A DNA stretch of 32,000 bases, taken from the NCBI RefSeq assembly GCF_000012905.2, contig NC_007488.2, positions 60,001 through 92,000 on the forward strand, given 5' to 3'. This document shows, one piece after another, positions 15,214 through 23,574 of this stretch. The first letter of the stretch is position 1; every line of letters starts with the position of its first letter. The notes beneath the pieces are model-generated. The model worked only from the letters and a program-made list of their open reading frames with translations. It was not told where the DNA came from and did no database searches. Position numbers and translations under genes: made by a program. The DNA comes from Cereibacter sphaeroides 2.4.1 (GTDB lineage: Bacteria; Pseudomonadota; Alphaproteobacteria; Rhodobacterales; Rhodobacteraceae).

Positions 15214-16137
15214 ATGCTTCCGCTTCGCCGCAGCATTCCCTCCCTCGGCGCGCTCGCCACCTTCGAGGCGGCGGCGCGGCTCGAGAGCTTCACGCTCGCC
15301 GCGAATGAGCTCGGGGTGACGCAGGCCGCGGTCAGCCGCCAGATCAAGCTCCTTGAGACCGACCTGAACACGCCCCTCTTCCTGCGCGCTCACCGCCGGG
15401 TGGTGCTGACGCCCGAGGGCGCGGCGCTGGCCGCCACCGTCACCGGGGCCTTCGGGCGCATGGCCGAGATGATCGAGACCATCCGCCAGCCGCTCGCGCC
15501 GGACACGGTGACGGTGCGCGCCTCGCTGGCCTTCAGCCACTTCTGGCTGCTGCCGCGGCTGGCCGATTTCCGGTCCCTGCACCCCGAGGTCAAGCTGAAG
15601 CTGGTGGCCGAGGATGCGACCGGGGATCTGCGCAAGGAGAGGGTCGATCTGGCCATCCGCTACAGCCGTCCGCCCTTCGAGGACGGGCGATCGGTGGCCG
15701 ATCACCGCGACGAGGTCTTCCCGGTCTGCAGCCCCGCGCTGCTCGAGCGGCTGGGGCTCGAGGCCGCGACCGCCGATCCGCGCAGCCTGCCCCTGATCGC
15801 CTCGGACAGCGTGAACCCGGCCTGGCTCACCTGGAAGTCCTGGGCGCGCAGCCTCGGGCTCGATCCGGCGCTGGCGCGGGCCTCGGATGCAAGCCGGCTG
15901 CGGTTCAACCATCACACCGACTCGATTCAGGCCGCGATCAACGGCGAGGGGGTGGCACTCGGCTGGGCGCTGCTCCTCTCGCGGCTCCTGGCCGAGGGGC
16001 GGCTCGTGCGCGTGGGCCGGACCTCGCTCGTGCCCGAGGACCGCTACCATGTGCTCGTGCCCTTCGGCCGCGAGCCCTCGCCGGCCTGCCGGGCGCTGCT
16101 CGACTGGATCAAAGAATGTCTTGAGAGTGATGCATAA
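15214..16137 (+). CDS. LysR family transcriptional regulator (GcvA-like)
   Basis: Track ORF 15046..16137(+), trimmed to the ATG at 15214. MLPLRRSIPSLGALATFEAAARLESFTLAANELGVTQAAVSRQIKLLE is a canonical LysR HTH, and a substrate-binding domain follows. It is divergent from the oxygenase operon. Confidence 0.85.
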   Translation: MLPLRRSIPSLGALATFEAAARLESFTLAANELGVTQAAVSRQIKLLETDLNTPLFLRAHRRVVLTPEGAALAATVTGAFGRMAEMIETIRQPLAPDTVTVRASLAFSHFWLLPRLADFRSLHPEVKLKLVAEDATGDLRKERVDLAIRYSRPPFEDGRSVADHRDEVFPVCSPALLERLGLEAATADPRSLPLIASDSVNPAWLTWKSWARSLGLDPALARASDASRLRFNHHTDSIQAAINGEGVALGWALLLSRLLAEGRLVRVGRTSLVPEDRYHVLVPFGREPSPACRALLDWIKECLESDA

Positions 16138-16416
16138 GCGTGCATCATGCGTAGGAATGCGACGCCCCTTGATGCAGAGGCGACGTGAGCGGGGGAGGGG
16201 CCATGCGGATCGGGATCATCGGCGGCACCGGCCCGAGAACGACCCGCGGCCTCGGGGACCACGGCCGGCGTGGGCGGAGCAGCGGCGGGCGGCATGGCGC
16301 GCGCGAACCCGTCCCCTCTGCCGCCGCCAAGGCGGCGCTGGCCGCGCTGCCGGGCCTGCGTCCGGTCGATCTGGTCTGACCCGCGGAGGCGGTTGCGGGC
16401 CCCACGCGAAGGCCGG

Positions 16417-16713
16417 TCACTTCCGTCTGTCCTTCGGGCGCCGCCGCTCTTCCCGCTCGATCTCGACCACGGCGAGGCTGCCCGGATCGAGCATCACCTC
16501 GACCTCGAAGCCCTCGCGGTCCCAGCCGTCGATCTCGTAGCAGCCGTCGTCGACATGGAGCCGCCGGATCGTCCAGCCTTCGCGGGCCGCCAGCGCCTCG
16601 ACGGCCGCGCGGGGCTGCCAGTCGGCCATGGCCACGCTGCACTCGTCATCCGCCGCGGCGGGCGCCGCCAGCACCGCGGCGACCAGCGCCATCGTCCGCA
16701 TCCCTGGCCTCAT
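16417..16713 (-). CDS. Secreted PepSY-like domain protein
   Basis: Track ORF 16417..16713(-), with GGAGG upstream of the ATG. It has a signal-peptide-like N-terminus (MRTMALVAAVLAAPAAA) and a small domain (...AAVEALAAREGWTIRRLHVDDGCYEIDGWDREGFEVEVMLDPGSLAVV) that resembles PepSY-type modules found next to two-component systems. Confidence 0.6.
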   Translation of the reverse strand: MRPGMRTMALVAAVLAAPAAADDECSVAMADWQPRAAVEALAAREGWTIRRLHVDDGCYEIDGWDREGFEVEVMLDPGSLAVVEIEREERRRPKDRRK

Positions 16714-16848
16714 GCCTCTGCCTCCACCGGATCGCCTCCTGTCTGCCGGGCGCGCCTTACGGTCACCTGACAGGTGGCGCGAAAGGCTGTCAGCCTGGTG
16801 TCAGGCGAAGTGCGGAGAATGAGCGGAAACCGTCTGGTGGTGAGTGAC

Positions 16849-17508
16849 ATGCGTATCCTGCTGATCGAGGACGACGAGGTGCTGGGCAATGCGGTGGCCG
16901 ACCATGTGGCCGAGGCCGGTCACACGGTCGATCGGGCGAAATGCCTCTCCGAGGCCGACGACTCCCTCGCCGTCGCGACCTACGATCTGGCGCTGCTCGA
17001 CCTGATGCTGCCCGACGGGCTGGGCATCCCCTTCCTGCGCAAGCGCCGGGCGCGGGGGGACAGCACGCCGGTCATCATCCTGACCGCGCTCGACCAGATC
17101 ACCGAGCGGATCGACGGGCTGAATGCGGGGGCGGACGACTATCTCGTGAAGCCCTTCGATCTGGCCGAACTTTCCGCGCGGATCGGATCGGTGGCCCGGC
17201 GCTACGGCGGCAATCCCAACCCGGTCGTCCGGCTCGGCGCCTTCGAGGTCGATCTCGCCGCCCGCACCATCCGCCGCGAGGGCCGCCCGGTGCCGCTCAC
17301 GGCGCGCGAATGGGTGCTGCTCGAGGCCTTCCTTGCGCGGCCCAATCAAGTGCTGTCCAAGGCGCAGCTCGAGGAGCGGCTCTGGTCCTTCGAGGCCGAG
17401 ATCGAGAGCAACGCCATCGAGGTCTATGTGAGCCGCCTCCGGCGCAAGCTCGACCACTCGGTGATCGAGACGGTGCGGGGCCTGGGCTACAGGCTCGGCT
17501 GCCCGTGA
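16849..17508 (+). CDS. OmpR/PhoB-family response regulator
   Basis: Track ORF 16774..17508(+), trimmed to the ATG at 16849. The receiver domain is MRILLIEDDEVLG...LALLDLMLPDGLG...DDYLVKPFDLAEL. The winged-helix output domain is LTAREWVLLEAF...IEVYVSRLRRKL...VRGLGYRL. Confidence 0.9.
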   Translation: MRILLIEDDEVLGNAVADHVAEAGHTVDRAKCLSEADDSLAVATYDLALLDLMLPDGLGIPFLRKRRARGDSTPVIILTALDQITERIDGLNAGADDYLVKPFDLAELSARIGSVARRYGGNPNPVVRLGAFEVDLAARTIRREGRPVPLTAREWVLLEAFLARPNQVLSKAQLEERLWSFEAEIESNAIEVYVSRLRRKLDHSVIETVRGLGYRLGCP

Positions 17509-18827
17509 GGGTGCGCTCGCTGCAGGCCCGCCTCGCGCTGATGCTGGGCGCGGGCGTCACGTTGCTCTGGCTCGCCAGCGCCAGCTTCACCGCGCATCTG
17601 CTGCATGGCGAGCTGGACGAAGTGTTCGATTCCGCGCTGGAAGAGACGGCGCAGCGCCTGTTGCCGCTTGCGGTGATGGAGATCCTCGGCCGCGAGGAGC
17701 CGGGCGTCAGCCAGCGCATCGCCGCGCTGCGCGCCCACGAGGAATTCTATACCTACCTCGTGCGCGATCCGGCGGGCGCGGTCCTGATCGCCTCGCACCG
17801 GGCCGAGCCTGCGGACTTCCCGCCCTGCACGGCCCCGGGCTTCACGCAGACGGCGACGCACAGGCTCTATTGCGACGCGGCGCTGAAGGGGACGTTCACC
17901 ATCGCCGTGGCCGAACCGCTGGCCCACCGGGCCCGGATCGCGCAGGAGCTGGTCATGGCGCTGGGACTGCCGCTCGTGGTGCTGATCCCGCTGGCGCTGG
18001 CGGGGATCGTGGCGGTGGTGCGCTGGAGCTTCCGCCCCGTGCGCGCGCTCCGCGATGCGCTGACCCGGCGCGGCGCGGGCGATCTCGCGCCGGTGGGGGG
18101 CGCCGACCTTCCGGCCGAGATCGCGCCGGTGGCGGCGGCGGCCGACCAGCTCCTCGAGCGGCTGCGCCGCGCCTTCGAGGCCGAACGCTCCTTCGCCGCC
18201 CATGCCGCGCACGAGCTGCGCACGCCGGTGGCGGGCGCCACCGCGCAGGCGCAGCGCATCCGGATCGAGACGACGGATCCCAAGGCCGCGATGCGCGCGG
18301 GCGAGATCGAGGCCACCCTGAAGCGCCTTTCGCGGCTGGCCGACAAGCTGATGCAGCTGGCCCGCGCCGAGGGCGGCCGCCCGCTGGCCGACACGCCCGC
18401 CGACCTCCGGCCGATCCTGTCGCTGGTGGCGAGCGACTTCACCCGCGCGGGCGCCGGCGCGCGGTTCGCGCTGACGCTGCCCGGGACGCCGGTGCCGAGC
18501 CGGATCGACCCCGACGCCTTCGCCATCCTCTGCCGCAACCTGATCGAGAATGCGCTGCGCCATGGCGGGCCCGACGAGCCCGTCGAGGTCGCCCTGACCG
18601 AGGACGGCCTGCTCAGGGTGCAGAACGGCGGCCCGCCCGTGCCGGCGGACGTGCTGCCCCGCCTGACCCGGCGGTTCGAGCGGGCGGCCGGCGCGGGCGA
18701 GGGCTCGGGCCTCGGCCTCTCGATCGTGCGCACCATCGTCGAGCGGGTGGGCGCCACGCTCGATCTCGCCTCGCCGCGCCCGGGCCGGAGCGACGGCTTC
18801 GCCGCGACCGTGCGCCTTCCCGCCTGA
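17505..18827 (+). CDS. Membrane sensor histidine kinase (HisKA + HATPase_c)
   Basis: This is the in-frame tail of track ORF 16941..18827(+). The GTG at 17505 overlaps the response regulator stop (GTGA), and the GTG at 17511 is an alternative start. It has two hydrophobic segments (LALMLGAGVTLLWLASASF and ALGLPLVVLIPLALAGIVAVV), an H-box FAAHAAHELRTPV, an N-box NLIENALRHG and a G-box GSGLGLSIV. Confidence 0.85.
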   Translation: MRVRSLQARLALMLGAGVTLLWLASASFTAHLLHGELDEVFDSALEETAQRLLPLAVMEILGREEPGVSQRIAALRAHEEFYTYLVRDPAGAVLIASHRAEPADFPPCTAPGFTQTATHRLYCDAALKGTFTIAVAEPLAHRARIAQELVMALGLPLVVLIPLALAGIVAVVRWSFRPVRALRDALTRRGAGDLAPVGGADLPAEIAPVAAAADQLLERLRRAFEAERSFAAHAAHELRTPVAGATAQAQRIRIETTDPKAAMRAGEIEATLKRLSRLADKLMQLARAEGGRPLADTPADLRPILSLVASDFTRAGAGARFALTLPGTPVPSRIDPDAFAILCRNLIENALRHGGPDEPVEVALTEDGLLRVQNGGPPVPADVLPRLTRRFERAAGAGEGSGLGLSIVRTIVERVGATLDLASPRPGRSDGFAATVRLPA

Positions 18828-19001
18828 CCGACGGGATCCGGCAGCAGGAGGCGCGGCCTTCGCTCTGCCTCTTGAAGGCTTCCGCCAACCTGCGGCGCGC
18901 TTCTGGCGCAAGGCTCCAATCTTTCCCGCCGCCGCGACGATTTTGGTGAGAAGCGGCGCCCGGCTTCTCCTATCCTCGGGCGAGGGACGGAGGAGAAGAC
19001 C

Positions 19002-21368
19002 ATGCAGGCTGAGTTGAAGGCGATCGAGCAGCGGCTCTTGTGGCTGTCGCACTGGATGATCCACCATGCGAACCACATCCGGCCGAAGGTCGACGGGATC
19101 AAGGTGGGCGGCCATCAGGCCTCGTCCGCCTCGATGGTCTCGATCCTGACCGCGCTCTATTTCTCGGCCCTGCGCCCCGAGGACCGGGTGGCGGTCAAGC
19201 CGCATGCCGGGCCACTCTTCCATGCCATGCAGTATCTGATGGGCAATCTCGACCGCGCGAAGATGGAGAATTTCCGCGGCTACGGCGGGGTGCAATCCTA
19301 TCCGAGCCGCACCAAGGACACGGACGACGTGGATTTCTCGACCGGCTCGGTCGGTCTCGGGGTGGCCATCACCGCCTTCGCCTCGCTGATCCAGGATTAT
19401 GTCCGCGCGAAGCCCTGGGGCGCCGATGTGGCGCCGGGGCGGATGATCGCGCTGATGGGCGACGCCGAGCTCGACGAGGGCAACATCCACGAATGCCTGC
19501 AGGAGGGCTGGAAACACGGGCTGCGCAACTGCTGGTGGATCGTCGATTACAACCGCCAGTCGCTCGACGGGGTGGTGCAGGAAGGGCTCTGGAGCCGGAT
19601 CGAGGGTCTCTTCACCGCCTTCGGCTGGGAGGTGGTGCGGCTCAAGCACGGCGTCCTGCAGCGCGCGGCCTTCGCCGAGCCGGGGGGCGAGCGGCTGCGC
19701 GCCTGGATCGACAGCTGCCCGAACGACCTTTATTCCGCGCTGACCTACGAGGGCGGTGCAGTCTGGCGCGCGCAGCTGATGGAGGATCTGGGCGATCAGG
19801 GCGAGGTCAATGCGCTGATCGGCCGCCGCAGCGACGAAGAGCTGGCGCTGCTGATGGAGAACCTCGGCGGCAATTGCGTGGACACGATGGCCGAGGCCTT
19901 CGCCGCAGTGGATCACGACCGGCCGACCTGCTTTCTCGCCTATACGGTCAAGGGCTGGGGCACGCCCATCGCCGGGCACAAGGACAACCACGGCGGGCTG
20001 ATGACCAAGGCGCAGATGGCCGACTGGCAGCGCCGCATGGGGGTGCCCGAGGGGCAGGAATGGGAGCCCTTCGCAGGCGTGGCGGACCCCGAGGCGCTGC
20101 GGCGCTTCCTGCGCTCGGTGCCCTTCTTCGCGGCGGGCCCGCGGCGGATGACCGACGCGCCGCTCGCCGTGCCGCCGATCGCGCTCACCTCCGAGCGCGA
20201 GATCTCGACCCAGGCGGCCTTCGGCAAGATCCTCGACGAGCTCGCCCGCGGCGACAGCCCGCTGGCCGCGCGGATCGTCACCACCTCGCCCGATGTCACC
20301 GGCACCACGGGCCTCGGCCCCTGGGTGAACCGCCGCGGCCTCTTCGCCCGCGCCGCCCGCGCCGACCGGTTCCGCGAGCGGCGCATCGCCTCGACCGCGA
20401 AATGGGATGCCGGGCCCGAGGGCCAGCATATCGAGCTCGGCATCGCCGAGATGAACCTCTTCCTGACGCTCGGCGCGGCGGGCCTTTCGCATGCGCTCTT
20501 CGGGCGGCGGCTCATTCCGGTGGGCACGGTCTACGATCCGTTCGTCTGCCGCGGCCTCGATGCGCTGAACTATGCCTGCTATCAGGATGCGCGTTTCCTG
20601 ATCGCGGGCACGCCCTCGGGCGTGACGCTGGCCCCCGAGGGCGGCGCGCACCAGTCGATCTCGACGCCGCTGATCGGCATGGCGCAGGACGGGCTCGCGG
20701 CCTTCGAGCCCGCCTTCGTGGACGAGCTTTCCGTCATCATGGAATGGGCCTTCGATTATCTCCAGCGCGACGGCCACGAGGGGCGCGATCCCCGCACATG
20801 GCTCCGGGACGCGACCGGCGGCTCGGTCTATCTGCGGCTGACGACGAACCCGCTCGAGCAGCCGGGGCGGCGGCACGACGATGCCTTCCGGCAGGGCGCG
20901 GTGGATGGCGGCTACTGGCTGCGCCCGCCGGGCAGCAACTGCGAGGTGGTGATCGCCTATCAGGGGGCGGTCGCGCCCGAGGCGATCCGCGCCGCGGGCC
21001 AGATGGCCGAGGCGCGCCGCGACGTGGGCGTGCTGGCCGTGACTTCGGCCGACCGGCTGAACGCGGGCTGGACCGCGGCGCAGCGGGCGCGCGCTCTGGG
21101 CGAGACCGGCGCCAGCGCCCTCGTCGAGCGGCTGCTGGCCGACGTGCCGCGCGACTGCCTGATCGTGACCGTGATCGACGGCCATCCCGCGACGCTGGCC
21201 TGGCTCGGCGGGGTGCGCGGGCACCGCACGCTCTCGCTCGGGGTCGAGCATTTCGGCCAGACCGGCACCATCGGCGATCTCTACCGCCATTTCGGCATCG
21301 ACGCCCGCAGCATCGTCGAGCGGGTCTCGGGGCTGACGGAGGGCCGCCGGATCCCCGCGCGGGCCTGA
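19002..21368 (+). CDS. Thiamine-diphosphate-dependent E1-type enzyme (homodimeric AceE-like / transketolase superfamily)
   Basis: Track ORF 19002..21368(+), starting at an ATG preceded by GGAGGAGAAG. GGHQASSASMVSILTALYF corresponds to the AceE 'GGH..S..S.A' region. LMGDAELDEGNIHECL...WWIVDYNRQSLDGVV parallels E. coli AceE GDGEMDEPES...VINCNLQRLDGPV. It is 788 aa long. No E2 or E3 gene is nearby. Confidence 0.75.
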   Translation: MQAELKAIEQRLLWLSHWMIHHANHIRPKVDGIKVGGHQASSASMVSILTALYFSALRPEDRVAVKPHAGPLFHAMQYLMGNLDRAKMENFRGYGGVQSYPSRTKDTDDVDFSTGSVGLGVAITAFASLIQDYVRAKPWGADVAPGRMIALMGDAELDEGNIHECLQEGWKHGLRNCWWIVDYNRQSLDGVVQEGLWSRIEGLFTAFGWEVVRLKHGVLQRAAFAEPGGERLRAWIDSCPNDLYSALTYEGGAVWRAQLMEDLGDQGEVNALIGRRSDEELALLMENLGGNCVDTMAEAFAAVDHDRPTCFLAYTVKGWGTPIAGHKDNHGGLMTKAQMADWQRRMGVPEGQEWEPFAGVADPEALRRFLRSVPFFAAGPRRMTDAPLAVPPIALTSEREISTQAAFGKILDELARGDSPLAARIVTTSPDVTGTTGLGPWVNRRGLFARAARADRFRERRIASTAKWDAGPEGQHIELGIAEMNLFLTLGAAGLSHALFGRRLIPVGTVYDPFVCRGLDALNYACYQDARFLIAGTPSGVTLAPEGGAHQSISTPLIGMAQDGLAAFEPAFVDELSVIMEWAFDYLQRDGHEGRDPRTWLRDATGGSVYLRLTTNPLEQPGRRHDDAFRQGAVDGGYWLRPPGSNCEVVIAYQGAVAPEAIRAAGQMAEARRDVGVLAVTSADRLNAGWTAAQRARALGETGASALVERLLADVPRDCLIVTVIDGHPATLAWLGGVRGHRTLSLGVEHFGQTGTIGDLYRHFGIDARSIVERVSGLTEGRRIPARA

Positions 21369-21382
21369 GGGGGGCGGGGCGG

Positions 21383-21847
21383 TCAGACCAGACGGGACTG
21401 GCGCCCCTTCACCCGGCGGATCGGGATCGAGGATTCGAGCGAGGCCACGCCCGGGATCTTCGTCAGCCGCCCGGTCAGGAACCGCTCGTACTCCGCGAGA
21501 TCCGCCACCGCGATCCGCAGGAGATAGTCGCGGTTGCCGGTCATCAGCCAGCAGTCGACCACCTCGGGGCAGAGCGCGATGGCCTTCTCGAAGGTGGCCA
21601 GCTGATCGCCGATCTGCCGGTCGAGCTTGACCGAGACGAAGACCGAGAAGCCGAAGCCCAGCCGCGCCTCATCCAGAAGCGCGGTGAAGCCGGTGATGTA
21701 GCCTGCTTCCTCGAGCATCCGCACCCGGCGGGCGCAGGGCGTGGGCGACAGACCCACCCGGTCGGCCAGCTCGCGGTGCGTGAGCCGCCCGTCCTCCTGC
21801 AGCTGCGCGAGGATGCGGCGGTCGAGCGGGTCGAGCACCTTGCCCAT
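21383..21847 (-). CDS. Lrp/AsnC family transcriptional regulator
   Basis: Track ORF 21383..21847(-). LDPLDRRILAQLQEDGRLTHRELADRVGLSPTPCARRVRMLEEAGYI is the HTH region, and it is followed by an RAM/AsnC_trans_reg domain. GGAGG lies upstream, and the start is 13 nt after the SDR stop. Confidence 0.9.
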   Translation of the reverse strand: MGKVLDPLDRRILAQLQEDGRLTHRELADRVGLSPTPCARRVRMLEEAGYITGFTALLDEARLGFGFSVFVSVKLDRQIGDQLATFEKAIALCPEVVDCWLMTGNRDYLLRIAVADLAEYERFLTGRLTKIPGVASLESSIPIRRVKGRQSRLV

Positions 21848-21860
21848 GCGGTTCCTCCGG

Positions 21861-22652
21861 TCAGGCGGGCACGGTCAGCGGTGCGCGGTAGCTCTCGAAA
21901 TTGCCGCAGACGCCGATCATCTGGCCCGAGACATGCGGCGCGAGATCCGAAGCGAGGAAGGCCGCCATGTCGGCCACCTCTTCCATCTGCACCATCGAAT
22001 GCATCGAGATATTGTGCAGGAAGAGACGGGTGTAGTCCTCGGGCGAGAGGCCGCGCTCCCGCGCCTGCTCGGCGATGATGCGCCGGCCGCGCGGGCCGTC
22101 GACCAGCCCCGGCAGGATCGCATTGACCCGCACGCCGATCTCGCCCAGCTCGATGGCGAGCGTCTCGGTCAGGCCGCGCACGGCATATTTCGACACCGAA
22201 TAGGGCAGGCGCAGCGGCATCCCCACGCGGCCCGCGACCGAGCCCATGTTGATGACCGCGCCCCCGCCCGCCGCACGGAAGAGCGGCACGGCGGCCCGCA
22301 CCATGTAGAACATCGCCGTGATGTTGACGGCGAGCGTGTCGTTCCATTCGGCGTCGGTGATCTCGTCCACGGGCCGGGTGGGCCCCGAGACGCCGGCATT
22401 GTTGACGAGGATGTCGAGCCCGCCGAACCGCTCGACCAGACGGTCCACCACCTCCTGCACATCGGCCGAGCGCGCGACGTCGGCCCGCAGGATCAGCGCC
22501 TCGGGCAACAGCGCCTGCGCCTCGGCGATGGCCGTCTCGGAGATGTCGCAGAGGCAGAGCTGCGCGCCCAGATCCGCGAAGCGGCGGGCGATGGCGAGGC
22601 CGATGCCTCCTGCGCCCGCGGTGATGAGGGCGGTCTTTCCGGTCAGGTCCAT
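21861..22652 (-). CDS. Short-chain dehydrogenase/reductase (SDR)
   Basis: Track ORF 21861..22652(-). It has TGKTALITAGAGGIGLAIA (TGxxxGxG), NNAG and the catalytic YSVSKYAV (YxxxK). Confidence 0.9.
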   Translation of the reverse strand: MDLTGKTALITAGAGGIGLAIARRFADLGAQLCLCDISETAIAEAQALLPEALILRADVARSADVQEVVDRLVERFGGLDILVNNAGVSGPTRPVDEITDAEWNDTLAVNITAMFYMVRAAVPLFRAAGGGAVINMGSVAGRVGMPLRLPYSVSKYAVRGLTETLAIELGEIGVRVNAILPGLVDGPRGRRIIAEQARERGLSPEDYTRLFLHNISMHSMVQMEEVADMAAFLASDLAPHVSGQMIGVCGNFESYRAPLTVPA

Positions 22653-22655
22653 GGC

Positions 22656-23402
22656 TCAGCTCTCGCTCGGTTCGGCCCGGCGCCGGCCGCGCCGCGGCGT
22701 GGCGGCGGCCGGAGGCGTGGCCTCGTTGATGACATCCACGTTCCGGCGGAAGTAGCGGGCCGAATGCCAGATGTCGCCGGCGATGGCGCGGGCCGCCGCC
22801 GTGGGGGTGCCGCGCTCGCAGGCGGCGATGATCCGTTCGTGAAAGAGGGTGCCCGCGCGCAGGAAGGGCGTCGGATTGTCGAGCTTGCGGTGGGCGTTCA
22901 TCAGATAGGGCCCGGCGCGGAGCCACAGCCCGTTGATGATGTCGAGAAGCTGCGGCATCTCGGCGCTCTCGTAGAGCGTGAAATGGAAGGCGCGGTTGGC
23001 GGTCATCACCGCAGTGGGCACGCCCTCCTCGACGCCCGCCTTCATCTCGAGATTGATCTCGCGCAGGCGGGCGATGGTCTCGGGCGTGATGCGCCGCACC
23101 GCCTGATTGGCGGCCAGCCCCTCGACCGCCATCCGCACCCGCATCAGCTCGCGGAACATGGCGGCGGTGAAGGGGGTCACGCAGAAGGTGCGGTTCGGCA
23201 GCTGCGTCAGCGCATGCTCCGCCACGAGCCGCTGCAGCGCCTCGCGCACGGGCATCGGGCTCGTGCCCAGCATGGCGGCCAGATTGCGGATCGTGAGGCT
23301 CTCGCCCGGCAGCAGCTTGCCCGTGAACAGCGCCTCGCGGAGGCGGTTGTAGACCTGAAGCTGGATCGTCACCGATTCGATCTGACCGAGATCTGCCGTC
23401 AT
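22656..23402 (-). CDS. GntR family transcriptional regulator (FadR/FCD subfamily)
   Basis: Track ORF 22656..23402(-). The wHTH is VYNRLREALFTGKLLPGESLTIRNLAAMLGTSPMPVREALQRLVAEHAL, followed by an all-helical FCD-like C-terminal domain. The stop is 3 nt before the SDR start. Confidence 0.9.
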   Translation of the reverse strand: MTADLGQIESVTIQLQVYNRLREALFTGKLLPGESLTIRNLAAMLGTSPMPVREALQRLVAEHALTQLPNRTFCVTPFTAAMFRELMRVRMAVEGLAANQAVRRITPETIARLREINLEMKAGVEEGVPTAVMTANRAFHFTLYESAEMPQLLDIINGLWLRAGPYLMNAHRKLDNPTPFLRAGTLFHERIIAACERGTPTAAARAIAGDIWHSARYFRRNVDVINEATPPAAATPRRGRRRAEPSES

Positions 23403-23574
23403 GCTTCCCCACCCCTCACGCCGGGTCCCGGTGCCCGCTCCGACTCATCGATAGCACAAAGTTCCCGTGTCGCAAATTGAGATCACAGATCACGATTTTG
23501 GTTGACCCACGCCCGGGAAGCGGGAAGGGTGGCAGCGGGAGACGACGGTAAGCGGCTTGGGAGGGCCTCACTTC

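Noticed and set aside
16129-16146. The inverted repeat GATGCA-N6-TGCATC overlapping the LysR stop codon.
   Set aside because: The arms are only 6 bp and AT/GC-mixed, with no U-tract. It is too short to distinguish from chance.
16185-16379. A 64-aa plus-strand ORF in the 279-nt gap between the LysR gene and the PepSY gene. An internal segment, MRIGIIGGTGP, looks like the Rossmann N-terminus of an NAD(P)-dependent reductase.
   Set aside because: The resemblance lasts about 11 residues and then dissolves into Arg/Gly-rich sequence. No alternative frame continues a reductase-like protein. It could be a decayed gene remnant, but I cannot support that without a homology search.
16849-17508. The OmpR-family response regulator as a possible RpaA-like output of the kai system.
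   Set aside because: It is translationally coupled to its own membrane HisKA kinase and lies about 5 kb away across unrelated operons on both strands. Nothing in the sequence links it to the kai operon.
18828-19001. A possible TPP riboswitch or other leader element upstream of the ThDP-dependent E1 gene. There is a 7-bp hairpin, GAGAAGC/GCTTCTC, at 18948-18969.
   Set aside because: None of the conserved TPP-riboswitch elements (a CUGAGA-type motif, a pyrimidine-sensing helix) are recognisable. A single short hairpin is not evidence for a riboswitch.
17487-21290. A 1267-aa minus-strand ORF, the longest in the track. There are many similar long antisense or out-of-frame ORFs, e.g. 2304..3650(-), 3666..5264(-), 6569..8110(-), 8291..9943(-), 10056..11648(-), 12090..15035(+), 19040..22078(+), 21544..23412(-), 23416..25458(-), 23502..25472(+) and 25200..26765(-).
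   Set aside because: Each lies opposite or out of frame with an ORF that carries unmistakable family motifs (sensor kinase, E1, KaiC, Rieske, BKACE and others). Their translations are low-complexity and rich in Arg, Gly, Pro, Ala and His, with no recognisable motifs. Stop codons are rare in off-frames of very GC-rich DNA, so ORFs like these arise by chance.
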